Source of the DNA: Vicugna vicugna
Lineage: Eukaryota
Assembly (NCBI GenBank): GCA_013265495.1
Contig: MU061578.1
Location: forward strand, 4,165,308 to 4,229,307
Length of the DNA: 64,000 nucleotides
Reading direction: 5' to 3'
Shown here: positions 52,750 through 64,000 of the stretch, piece by piece
How the letters are laid out: every line of letters begins with the position of its first letter
Numbering within the stretch: position 1 is the stretch's first letter
The notes under the pieces: model-generated
Databases searched by the model: none
What the model was told of the DNA's origin: nothing
Seen by the model: the letters and a program-made list of their open reading frames with translations, nothing else
Made by a program: the position numbers and the translations under genes

Positions 52750-53510
52750 GCCATCGCTGATTTGGACGGTGCGGTCCCTCGGGCTGCAGGACTGACTACG
52801 CCGAAAAGTGGTTTTCTTATTCCCTTCCTATCCGGGTGTTACCGCGAGCGCTGCTGGCGCCGCCACCTCCCCTCCGGGTCCACTCCCTCGAGACTCGCGC
52901 GGCTACGCGGCCCTCAGTCGGACCTGTCTGCACTGGAGGTGGCCCTCAGCTCGCGCTGACCGCTCGGAGGCCGCGCCCCGCACCCCCTCGCCTTGGCCTG
53001 ACCCGCGATGCGGTCAGGCGATCCGCCGAGGCCGGATTTCGGGACGAAAGTAACCTAGGAGGGCGAGGGAAGGGGGTCGGCCCGCCTCGTCGCCCTCCCG
53101 GCCCCAAGCTCCGGGACCCCTCGGAAGCCGCCGATCCCCCGAGCTGCCCAGGCCCCAGGCCTCCCAAGCCCCTCCCTGGCCTCGCCGCTTCGTTTCCCTC
53201 CTCCCTGGCTCCCGGACTCCCGACCCCCTACTCTCTGGCCCGGACGCGGGGCCCGCACCCACCTTTGCTGGGCCGCAGCGCCGCCGCGCGTTGCCGGTTC
53301 AACAGCTGCGAGCCGAACTCGGATACAACCGAAGCTAAGCGAGCAGATGCCGAGGCCTCCCGAAGCACCCAGAGAGGCCGGAAAGAGCCGAAGATTATCG
53401 GGGATGTTCGTGCGGCGCGAGGGCAGGATCCCTCCCGCGGTTGGCGAGCTCCGCGGTGTTGTGGGGCAGTTTTTCTTCTTCGCAGTCACGGTCTAGAGAC
53501 GACAACTCTA
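52750..53510. promoter_or_regulatory. CpG island at the IFT140 5' end
   Basis: High GC and dense CpG, judged by eye. Confidence 0.8.
53263..53450 (-). other. IFT140: IFT140 5' non-coding exon (5' boundary uncertain)
   Basis: Strong donor AAG|GTGGGT at 53262-53257 inside the CpG island, 3.9 kb upstream of the ATG exon acceptor. Confidence 0.6.
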
Positions 53511-54199
53511 GCTTGAAGGGAGGGGCCATGAGGAGGGAAGCTGCGCAGAGGAGGGAAGCTGGTGAATTCCTCTAGGTGTGATGGGGGTAAACGGCCCCTT
53601 GGGGACCTATGGTTACATTTTTCCAAACCCCTAGGTCAATCCAGGAGGAAGGCAGCAGAGAGACTGCGGGAAAGAAACGGAACGCCATTTTTTTTTTTTT
53701 TTTAAGATTCTCTCCTCTCTGGTTAATCATATTGCTGGTCTTCTCGACCCCAGACGGTTTGCTAGGTTCTGCTTTGTCTAGTCTCGTGGAGGGTGTCGTT
53801 CAAGAGTATTCCTGAGAAAATCCAGTGAAGTTGCTAACTTATGACATGCGTTCAGTGTTTGGCGGTTTTTACGGACGCCTTTGGCGAGAAAATAGTAGTC
53901 AACGATACAGGTTCATCCGGTTAAAAACCAACCTGGTTTCTAATCCTGCCGGCAGACTGCATTCCATAAAGGCATCACCAACGTGCCGCCCTGGCCTAAC
54001 GGTCTGTGGGTTAAACTAATTTTGAAAAGCAAAGCAATGTCATTCATTAAAAAAAAAAGTTACTACAGCAAAAAAGCCCACGTTGTTAAACAAAGAGAAA
54101 AAATAAGAGGAATGTGTAGGTACTACCTAATCAGAGGGGCTAGGCGCAGGATCACACATATACAAGAGTATTTTTAAAAGCCCCATTTTCATAAACACT

Positions 54200-54390
54200 A
54201 GAATTTTGTTGAACAAATTTGACATGTAACATTGTGTAAATTTAAGGTGTAGTGTTACTTTGATACATGTATATATTATAATCGGGAAGTAGCGATATTT
54301 ATCATATTACATAGTTATAGTGCAATATTATTGTGTGTATCCGTTGTACTGTGTGTTAGATACTATTTCTTATAAGTTTGTACCCTTAAA
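54200..54390 (-). mobile_element. LINE-1 3' end fragment (L1MA-type)
   Basis: 'ttgacatgtaacattgtgtaaatttaaggtgta..ttgataca..aagtttgtaccctt'. Confidence 0.65.
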
Positions 54391-54599
54391 CACGGATCAG
54401 TCTTATCTTGATTCACTCTGTAAACACTAGATTCAAAACACACTCCTTTATCGCCAAAACGAAGAAAAACAACCTAAGTGCTCAGCACCATCCGAAACAC
54501 TAAAAAACTTTAAAAACACGCACTCAACTCAATAAAAGGTGTGCTTATCGGCCTCAGTTACACTTTTAACACTTTCTCCGTAAAAACCTGGTTCGCGCC

Positions 54600-55450
54600 T
54601 GATTCAAGACTCATAGCTGAGGCGGCGTTTTCTTCTCACGCATCCGTCAACACGACTCAGGCCAATCACAGCCTAGGCTCTGACTCTATTGGCTGTCGAT
54701 CCACCAATCGAGAGAGACGTACCAGTCCGCACAGCCGCGAGGACGGCGTCACAACATCACCCGCGCCGCAGGCCGGCCTCTGCCCCCGCCCAGCGTCGGT
54801 GCGTGTAAGCGCGCGCGCCCGCTGCTGGCCAATGGGAGCGCCCGTGAGGGGGCGCGCCCGCTGGAAACCTCGGCGTGCTCGGCCCCGCGCGCGTCGCCCC
54901 GCCCTGCCCCTCGCGCCCACCGCCCCGGCCCCGCCCCGCGCGTCGCCTCCGAGGACTCCGCCGGCCTCCGTAGCCGGAACTGCTCCTGTGCGCCGCGGGT
55001 CGGGCCTCCGGGAGGCTGAGCGGCTGCAGCACCGTCGCCCGCAGCCCCGTCAGCCGCACGCCAGTCGCGGAGGAGACGTGCCAGGGCGAGTGTCGCTCGG
55101 CGACCGCTTCCAAGGCGGGAGGATCACCTCTGCGTTGCGGCCTCCGGCCGTTTCTGCGGGCGCCCGGGAGGCTCCCGGGGGGCCCGGGAAGCCAGGCTGC
55201 TGCGAAGCGTTGATGAAAAAGGTGACCAGAGGCTGGGGCTCGGGAGACTTGGGACGCCCCGACCGGCTGTCACGGCGAGGCCGGGCTCCTAGCCGGAGCG
55301 GGGCTGCAGAAGTAGCGGCCTGCGCCCTGGCGGCCGTTACGCACGCGGTGCTTTGTCGGGGCGGTTCGGGGGAGCCCAGACCCAGAAGTGTTGCGTTAAC
55401 AGCGCTCTTTGTGTGCAGCCAGAAATCGGCCCGGGAGGGAGGGTTTTGCT
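54600..55450. promoter_or_regulatory. CpG-island bidirectional promoter (CRAMP1/IFT140) with CCAAT and GC boxes
   Basis: CCAAT at 54662, ATTGG at 54688, CCAAT at 54704 and 54829; several CCCCGCCC boxes at 54780-54940; divergent genes on either side. Confidence 0.8.
54960..55221 (+). other. CRAMP1: Probable CRAMP1 distal non-coding first exon (TSS approximate)
   Basis: Lies downstream of the CCAAT/GC boxes; donor AAG|GTGACC at 55222. Confidence 0.5.
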
Positions 55451-56629
55451 TTCCCTTTCCCGAAATGTGACAAATGGTGTCCAGCCGGGATTGAGCTTGA
55501 GGTGACCCCACCTCTGTGCACGGTCAGAAAGTCATGTTGGAGGTATTCGGTAAAGGAATTCCATCTTCGTGTTTTACTTTTCCCTTCGAGGAAGACTCTG
55601 AAATGTGTCAGTATCCTTTTAATTCTGAAAAGCCGCGTCTTCTGTATTTAGTTTAGTGTCTTTCAATATTCAACCTGGCGAACGGGCAAGTGTTTTTCTG
55701 TTGTATGCTTTGCCCGGGTCCTGGATTGACTGGGTAGCTTAAGGATGACAGGTCCCTGGGAAGTAGGGTTCTCCACATTATAACCTAGAGAAAGGCCCTT
55801 TGGGATATTTTGAGGTTTCTTAATAGAAATAGGTTGAGAAATGAGTAGTGAGGAGTCTTGTGCCATGAAGCCCTTTAATTTTGGGATATGTCTTGTATAG
55901 TTGTATTCTTTGGCAGGTTTTTTTTTTTTAGCTGGAGTGTATTCAAATGATTTATGAGATCAATTCCAACAGATGCAAGCTTACAGATAGTTTTGTGGCA
56001 GAATACATCAGATCAGTAGAGATATTACTATAATATTAATCATTTCTAAATCTTTCTATGAAAGGTCCTTGCCTCTTACTGTATTTCATTTTGGCCTTGA
56101 TGCCTTGCTCTCGTTTCCTTTTACATGAAAATGTTCCCATTCTCAGCAGTCGTGTTGAATATGTCAAACATAGTTTGAGCATGGTATCAACACCTGTTGA
56201 GGAATTTAGTATTTCTCTTTCTTGCTTCATTTCAAGTACACATCGCTGACTGTATCTGACCCTACATTATTGATAGTACCTGAGTCTCTTAGAATAAACT
56301 GATTGAGTGGATCTTTATGAAAAACAAACATTTTGAGAGTCATTGTATTCTGTTGTTGATATTTCTCACAGCAGAGGGTAACAAAGTTAATGCGAGATTT
56401 TTATTCATGGTTACCAAGAGTTTTAACACAATTCTTTTCTATTCATTCTTGCATTTGGACCTGGACTTAACTGTGCTGTCACTTTCACCAGTGGCTCCAA
56501 CCTATTCCATGCAACAGGCTCCTTTGTTGCAAAAGCATTTTTAATTCGTAAATCCCCGCAGTAGTTCATATCGATCACCCTGGGAAGCGAGATTCCCAGA
56601 AACCCCGAGCTTATTATTCTTTATGTGTG

Positions 56630-57650
56630 TTTTAAAATAAGCAGGCGGACCGGCAGCCACGGGCCACCATGGAGTTCCCTGTGCAAGCAGGCGAGCCCGC
56701 TCCTCTCCCATGCCGGGGTCGATCCGGGCCCGTCGCCCCAACTCCGGGGCCAACTTTGGGGGCTGGCGTGCGGGGCAGGTGCGCGGGCCCCGGGCCCCGC
56801 GCGTTTTAGGGGGGGGGGGGGGGGGGGGGGCGCGGGCGCCGAGGCCCGGCCGGCCCAGGCGGCGCTGGGAGCGAGGCCGGTACGCAGGTTGCCCGCCGCG
56901 CGTGCCATGAGCCGCGGGCCCGCGGGGTAAGTGGCTCCGGGACCCCGGCCCAGCCCCGGCGCCGGCCCCCTACCCGGTACCCGACCCCCGGGCCGGGGCG
57001 CCGCGCGGGCAGGGCCGTCCGGGCGCGGTCGCCGAGCTACTGCCTCACCACCTCCGCGCTGCCAGCCGCCGTTTCCTGGGCCTCGGGCGGGAGCGCGGGG
57101 GTCCGGGCCGGGGTCGGGCGGGCGGCGGGCCCAGGCCCCGCTCGGCCGGGCTTGGGCGGGCGGGCCGCCGGGAGGGGATCTGGAACAAACAACGGCGGCC
57201 ATGTTGAGAGGGGATCGGTGCGGCTAAACTTCTCGCAGGCTCGGGCCGCGCGCTCACCAGGGTCCCCTCTCCCCTCCCGGCCAGGATGACAGTGAAGTTG
57301 GGAGACGGCGGCAGCGGGGAGGAAGGGCTCAAGAGGCTGGGCAAGAGGTCTGCCGATGAGGACTCGCTGGAAGGAGAGGGGGCCGGCGGCGGGGACGCGG
57401 CCGAGGAGAGCGGCGGCACAAAGAGGGACGGCAAGACTCCCCGGGACGGCGGTGACGGCCCCCAGGTCCCCTCGGGCGGCCCGCAGGCCCCGTCCCCGCC
57501 GCCCGCTTGCCCCCAGGACCAGCACCACTTCCTCAGGTCCAGCGTGAGGCCGCAGAGCAAGAGGCTCAGGAAGGACCCATCCTGCTCCGGGGGGAGCAGC
57601 AGCGCCAGCAGTTCAGGGCCCCGCGGAAAAGGTATGGGGGACCCCAACCC
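56630..57650. promoter_or_regulatory. CpG island over the CRAMP1 first coding exon
   Basis: Very high GC/CpG; G22 run at 56809-56830; YY1-like GCGGCCATGTTG at ~57195-57206. Confidence 0.85.
57286..57631 (+). CDS. CRAMP1: CRAMP1 (cramped chromatin regulator homolog 1) first coding exon; gene continues beyond the window
   Basis: Acceptor ctcccggccag|G ATG; MTVKLGDGGSGEEGLKRLGKRSADEDSLEGEGAGG...QDQHHFLRSSVRPQSKR...GPRGK G|GTATGG; 346 nt. Confidence 0.93.
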
Positions 57651-60399
57651 CTTACAGGGTGTCCTCACCTGGGGGTGGAGAGGGACCCTTCCCTCCCCGC
57701 CAACGTGCTTCCACTGCAGCTTCCGCACTCACACTTTGGAGGGGGACATGCCCTCTTTCTCCTCCAAAGAGGCCGTTTTTTTCCTGCATTAAAAGTATGT
57801 TAAGACGCAGTAAGTCATCTTTATTTGGGCAGATCCAATAGATTCCTGAAGGTGGGTTTTTTCCCCTCAGTGGATCATTGATGATTTATATGGTAGGTCG
57901 TTTTAAACAGCAGACAGTAATTTAGAAATGGAGAGAGAAAATACCTGCCATGTCTATTTCCTCAGACATCAAGTGGTGGAAATACAACAAAGGAAAGGGA
58001 TTTTGAAACTCATTAGGGGAAAGATGGATAAGAAGCCAAAAATGAATGATGGAAAGGTCTGATTTGCGCTCAACACCTTCCACCTCAAGTGTGCTAGGCT
58101 TGAAAATATCAAGGGCACCAAGACCTGGCCCTTTGAGTTTCAACTAAGGTTTCCTTGGGCTCCACGACTAAGGATCTCCTCTGGTGTGGTAGATAGTGAA
58201 GACATTTGTGGCCTGATACAAACCAGCAACATTCTGCAGTGTTTGTCGTGGTGTTTTCAGGTGATTGAGAACATTAGAGCTTTTCTAGGATCCCAACGAA
58301 AGTAATAAGAAAACTGCACGTCAGTTTTGTTCCTCATCTGCTGGTTCTCCATTGTTTTCTGCTTGTATCTCTGTATTTCAGCAGTGTGTTTTTTCCTCAT
58401 TGTACAAGAGAATTGTTCTTAATATCCTTCTTGTTTCAGGCCAAGTTTTCAGCACTTTTACAGATAGCAGATATCCATTTTCTAGTGTGTTTTGCATAAA
58501 AAAAAACTTTGACTTAGTTCCTTGGGAAATGGTAAATTAAGTACATTACATGGTCCTGATAATTTCAAGAAGGATGTATCTTAGGAGCTAATGGAGAATC
58601 CATTTTTGACATCTGTGCCAAGTGTGTACAATTAAACTTGCTGCTTCTGCCTCATTCTCAACTGAGGAGGACTGGCTTCTGAAATCATGGTGTTACTCGT
58701 TTTTTTGATAAAGACTTGTTTTACTGTCGGTATACTTACATAAAGATGTAAGTGTGAGATAACTTTGTGTGCTTCAGAAGTTAAAACTTGCCTCATAGAA
58801 GCTTATTTTGGTGTGAAAGTTGCTGATTAATTAGGAAAACATTCATTTGTTTTACTGGCTTTAGTTCTTTTGTGAAAAGTAGTTTTTCACTCCTAGTTGC
58901 CGGTATGTCCGAGTTACCATGCATAAGTTCCTGGGGTGCCTTCGAGGGTTTGTGGCTGCAGAAGCCCTGGATCTGGAGTCCTGTCAGAGTTCCTGGCCTC
59001 GTCCTCGTCCCCCTTGACCTGGGTATGCTCGTTTGACCTGCGTTTCCATTGGAGAGACCTCCTCACCTACGAAAGGAGGAAGGGCAGGGACCGTTCCACT
59101 CTCCCCCTGTGGCTGCTAAGATGAAATAAGGCGCTGGTAGGAAAGCACTCTGTCCCCTGTAAGCGGCTGCCCATGCGTAAGGTGAAATGATGCCAAAACT
59201 GCAGTTAGAGTTGGGGCAGTTGCTGAGGGGAAGTTTCCTTCTGTTTGCACAGTTGAGTGTGGCTCGGATGGAGAAGTTTTCCTGGATTAGTCGCACACCA
59301 GCTCTGTTCCTGGTTTTTGCCCAAGGTGTGGCTTGGAGCAGCAGTCTACTTTCTGTTAGTAAAATGCAGATGTGTTAGAATTTGTGCTTCTTGTGACTTA
59401 TGTTCCTATTTTAGCAAGTAAATATCTCTTTCAATGAATAATAAAACTAAACCATAGTGGTGATGTTGAGGAGCGGAGTAGAAAGTTTGTGTCCTCTGCC
59501 TCACAGAACTTCTCGGTGTGCTTTTGGCCTTGAGCCTTCTGGTGGGGCCTCTTCATGGCTGTGCTCTGAGAGCCTTTGGATGGACTTCACCACACCCAGG
59601 ACCCCCTCCTCCCCTCCGGTTCCCCATACCTCAGGGCAACCTCTGCTTCCTCATTGCCTCCTTTATCTGCCAGAAAGAAGGTCCACTTGTGACAGCCTAT
59701 CCGTAACCTTTGCAGACAATTCTTCAAGGAGTGTTTGTATTACAGACCATGGAAATTTCCACCTGGGCTGGTGAGCATGGACCAGTGAGGAAATGAACAG
59801 AACTGTCATTTTTCAGTTTTTCACTTCAAGAAAATATAATTTCCATTACATTTGAGGAATAATCCCAGCCCCATCATTGGAGATGCCTTTGGTTGGTTAC
59901 TTACTGCTTTCTAGTTTCAGCTGTGATAGATGGAGAACTTTGCAGTGGGTTTGGGAGGAAAAGGCTTTTGGAGGAAAGGAAGTCCTTCTCATTTTGCTTC
60001 TTTCTATAAAACTGTATTTCCTTTCTCCGTAAGAATAGACTCTTGTCAACTTTAATGAAGAGTAATTTTTTCGGTAGTACAATTCGAATTAAATTCTTTT
60101 TGAATTGATAAAGAGAAGGTAGCCAAGACTTAAGCCTATGTGCCGGGCATCTTCCATCCCGTTACTTCACTTTTAAATGAGTGCAGACACTGAGGTTTGC
60201 TGTTTAACTAACTTGCTCAATTTAAACAGAAGGTAAGCTGTAGATCGGAAACCAGTGGGTCCCCTTGATGCCAAATGAATGTTGCTCTCATCCAGCCATG
60301 CTGTCTGGAGTGGCCCGAGGACACATGGCGGACAGGTCCCAGTCTGGAAGAACATGGGCCCAGAGACCGAGCCCCCCCATGCCCTTCCCTGTTTGGGCA

Positions 60400-60500
60400 G
60401 TTTGTGATCTGGGTGATTCTGGGCGAACTGGTGCATCTCAGTCTCTTTGTCCATTACTGGGGATGACACCAGTGCCTGCTTCACCACGATAAATAATGCC
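60400..60500. mobile_element. MIR-like fragment
   Basis: 'ctgggtgattctgggcgaactg..tctcagtctctttgtcc..tggggatgacac' resembles the MIR core. Confidence 0.4.
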
Positions 60501-63500
60501 AGGAAGCCTGTGTAAGTGGTTAACAGGCTTTCAGTGCTTCTCTGAGGGAAAATGTGCCTGGTGGCGAGCTTAGAATAGGCAAACAGGGTCAAAGGGTCAC
60601 CTGTCAGGAGGCAGGGGGTAGAGGTCCCAGGAATGCTGCCAAGCTGCTGCCCTGTTGGGATGTGAGCTGAGGAGGGCCTGAGGTGGGGGCAGAGTCAGAC
60701 CCTCCATTTTCACTGCTGTCCCCTCCGCCTCCCCCACCCCAGAACTTGTTCCACTGAGCTGGGCAAGCCAATTGTAAAATGCACACAACTGGGTGATGTC
60801 TTCTGCCTTCACTGGGCTCATGCTTAGGAATCAGTGTTTGGAAAACTTGTATTTTGCATAATCTTTGGGCTGCCTCTAACTTCTCTGTGTTATTTTTAAA
60901 ATACATCTAATGAAATATCTCACATTGATGCAGTCAACCTTTGGGAGACGGGTGTTATATTGGAAAAAGGGGTGAACCAGTCATCAGGCGACCCAGCTCC
61001 TCCATCCAGAACTGCTGGAGGGGTGGAAGGGAGCCGCTTGACACGCCCAGACTTCAAGTTCCTTACTCTCAGGACGGGGCAGGTGAGATAGCAGCGTGAG
61101 CTGCACTTCCCTTTAACATTCAGGGCTGAAGGAGTCAGCTGTGCAGAGGGGCTTGGGTCCCGTAAGGAAGTAGATCGCCTGAAATCAGGGTTATTTTCTC
61201 TCTGGTGGGCTCTGCTTAGCCCTGGTCTCTCTGGGAGCCCTGGGCAGGGAGCGGCCAGAGTGTGCACCTGACCAGGTGTATGACAGTATCAGCCCCTTGC
61301 GGCTCCACCTCTAGTCCGCACAGTGATCACTCTCATTCTTCTTTCGTTGGCACCTGTGCCAAAACCTGGGTGCTGGTTGGGGTGCAGCCGTATTACTGTG
61401 AAGTGCCTGCCCCGCCTTACCCTCTGGTGGGCAGGGGGACAGATACATCAGATCATCTTGAGACCACTGAGGCTGGAGTGCTGTGGTTCTTGTGCCCAGT
61501 CTGATCCAGTAAATGATGGCTGCCCATCCCACTGTCCTACCTGGACAACGACATCAAGCTTTGTGAAAGCCCTCAGCCCTTGTTGGGAGCAGAGGAAGAG
61601 GAGGCAGGACATACCCCTGACTCTGTCCAGCACACACCGACACACCCTGTGTCATGCCGTGTCCGTGGAAGACCCAGTAACCACGACACTCAGCCCTGTT
61701 GTGTGACACAGACTCTCTGTGCAGAGGAGGTCAGGAGACCTGTGGCCCAGGCCACTTCAGAGATGCCATGATGAGCTGTACAGGATGGAGAAGAAAGTAC
61801 CTGTAAACCAGGGGTTCTGGGTGCATTGTTAAGTTCAAAGTTGTACAAATGGCTTTTGGTTCATGTCAAAGACACAGATAGATGGTATAGGTGAGTAGAT
61901 GAGGTAACAATTGAATTTTGGTTTGAAGGCTAAGCAAATTTTCAAATACTTTATCAACTTTTCATTTCAAAACTAATGTTTCTATGGTTTCTCGTGAGCA
62001 CCTGGAATGGTCTTGTGCCCACCAAGTGTATGTCAGGGTTTTTATTCTGTGTGGCACTTTGTGTCTTGTTTTGGATTATGTGAAGATACAACCAGAGGGA
62101 TGATTTCAGACAGCAGAGTCCCAAGTGTGAAAACTAGCTTTGACATAGGTGGTGGTGTGTAGAAACGTCTTACCACGTGAGGTCACTGCGCTGTTCTTAG
62201 CGTTGAAGGACAGGATGTAAAACGCCAGGAAGAGAAGACATTTGCAGGAGTTTGTGGTTTGGGTGGGATGCCCAGAATTACCTGCAGAAAACCATTAGGA
62301 AATCTTCACCATATCTGATGAAGAGGACATACGTTTCAGTAGGAGCAATGGGATTTTAGTTGTGTTTTTCTCAAACGTTTGTGGGAGGAGCAGGAAGTCT
62401 TCGAGGGAGGCTGGCCCTGATCTGAGCACTGAGGGCGCTGAGCCTTGCGAGGTGCTGAGCACTGGAGATGCTGAGCAGGACACCCGAGATGCAGAGATGA
62501 GCGGGACATGTCTCAGGACCGTGCAGTTCCAGGTCTTCTTCAGGTCACGAAAGAGTATGCCACGGAGGCCGGGGACCCTGGACAGGGTCTGTCACCGCAT
62601 CACTGGAGAGTCTGGTGGCTCTTTAGAGACAGATTGAACGACATGTGTTTGGGGTGTTTGGGAGGGATCCTAGTTGGAACACCTGCCATGTGGAGTTGAG
62701 CTGCTTTCAGTAGACGGACAGGCAGCAGCGGGTGTGATGGAGGACAGTGGCCTGGGGAGGCCTTTGGATTCCTTTGTTGGGGATGCTCTTCGTGGGAATT
62801 GGCTTCCTTCACGCCTTCTCCTCTATGTGGCCTTGGTAGAGAGGGTATCCCCTCCGTCACATCTGGCTGTTACCACGTATGGCACAGATGGCATGTGTTT
62901 TGAGAGGTGCAGAAGCACCCCTGGCAGAGCTTGGTGTTGCCTCGTGGTGGGACAGGGTGGCGATGCTCTTGGACCATGGTCGTAGGTAATGGGAGGCACT
63001 CCATGCTGGACTTGGAGGCAGGTGGGATTGAAGACACCTTTATTAACTAAATGGAAATGTCCTGGCTCGGAATGGATGAAGTGATGGGAGGCCTGCGTGT
63101 CCTCTCTTGGTGGGATGGACGTTCCTGAAGACTTCGAGTTTGGTAGGTCTTCTGTCACTCTTGGAATTTTTGCTTTGCCCTCGGAAGGAAGTTCCCCAGG
63201 CTCCAAGGAAGGCTCCCGCACAAGGAACTAGTGATGGGACAGACTTTTATTACATCCTCTGTGTCTTCCTGATTGAGTCACTTGGTGGTTTTTAGAGGTG
63301 AGTGTCATCCAGGGTCCTGATGCCTGCTGCTCTCTGGCCCGTGGCTCTGGGCAGCCATTGGAAACTCAGTTTCCTTGTCCGTCACAGTCTGAGAGGGGAT
63401 GTTGAGATCAAGTTCCCTCTACCCTGAACCTTCGGATTCCCATGTCTCTGCGTGTAATTAAAATACAAGAGCAGCCGTGACGTGGGTGACAGCCAGCATG

Positions 63501-64000
63501 ATGTCACCTGTCCCAAGAGGATAGCGCCCAGCCTGGAACAAGAGTCTAGTGCTTTGGCTTGGCTCCTGCTGCCTGGCGACCTTGCAGCTTCCCTGCTTTT
63601 GGAGCTCAGTTTCTCCTTCCCTGCAACTTGGACCACTGTGTGCTCTGAGGAAAAGAAGCAGCAGCATGTTTGCATGTGCTTTCCCGGAGCCATGTGAATC
63701 CTTGTTCCCTCCCTGCCCGGCCCCTGGTCTGGCCGCTTTGGGCGTGCTGGGTAGACTGGGTCAGCTCCTCCACCTGTGCCCTGGCTTCCCCAGCAGAAAG
63801 ATGGGGGTCCTTCTCTCCTCTTTGGGGGACTTGAGGGTGTTGGGACTGGCATTCTGGGCCAGCACAGAGATGCATGATGGGAGGGGGATGGGCAGTCTAG
63901 CCTTTCGTGGTGGAGTGGACAGATGTGCAGCCAGGGAAAGCAGAGCAAGGCTTCGTGTCTGTGTCCCTGAGACGCGAGCTCCAGAGCATGGGCTGTGGCT

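Noticed and set aside
53530..53561. 14-bp direct repeat GAGGAGGGAAGCTG x2
   Set aside because: Small local duplication with no recognisable function
52836..57728. Several long Pro/Arg/Gly/Ala-rich ORFs (226, 309, 193 and 227 aa)
   Set aside because: Expected stop-codon depletion in CpG islands; only 57286-57631 matches a known protein
57632..64000. Further CRAMP1 exons or other genes
   Set aside because: No ORF with CRAMP1-like sequence and splice signals found; appears to be intron

Overview
Eukaryotic (mammalian) genomic DNA containing the TMEM204-IFT140-CRAMP1 locus; a lineage-type tRNA-derived SINE and an L1 3' end suggest a camelid. TMEM204 (+, 3 coding exons, 226 aa, complete) is nested antisense in a large IFT140 intron. 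IFT140 (-) contributes 17 coding exons (human-style numbering 3-19, 2402 nt of CDS with consistent phases, one GC-AG intron); its 3' part lies left of the window. CRAMP1 (+) starts head-to-head with IFT140 from a CpG-island/CCAAT promoter, and only its first coding exon is in the window. Introns carry MaLR LTRs, L1/L2/MIR fragments, hAT transposons, SINEs and microsatellites. I see no new multi-gene system. The best unexplained signals are (i) a ~22-bp tandem array made of ZNF143/Staf-site-like units, (ii) a 17-nt microexon plus 62-nt exon pair in IFT140 intron 19, (iii) two candidate CRAMP1 first exons with opposite translational effects, and (iv) a young L1 insertion with a perfect 20-bp target-site duplication. 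Repeat family names and human comparisons come from recall, not from database searches.
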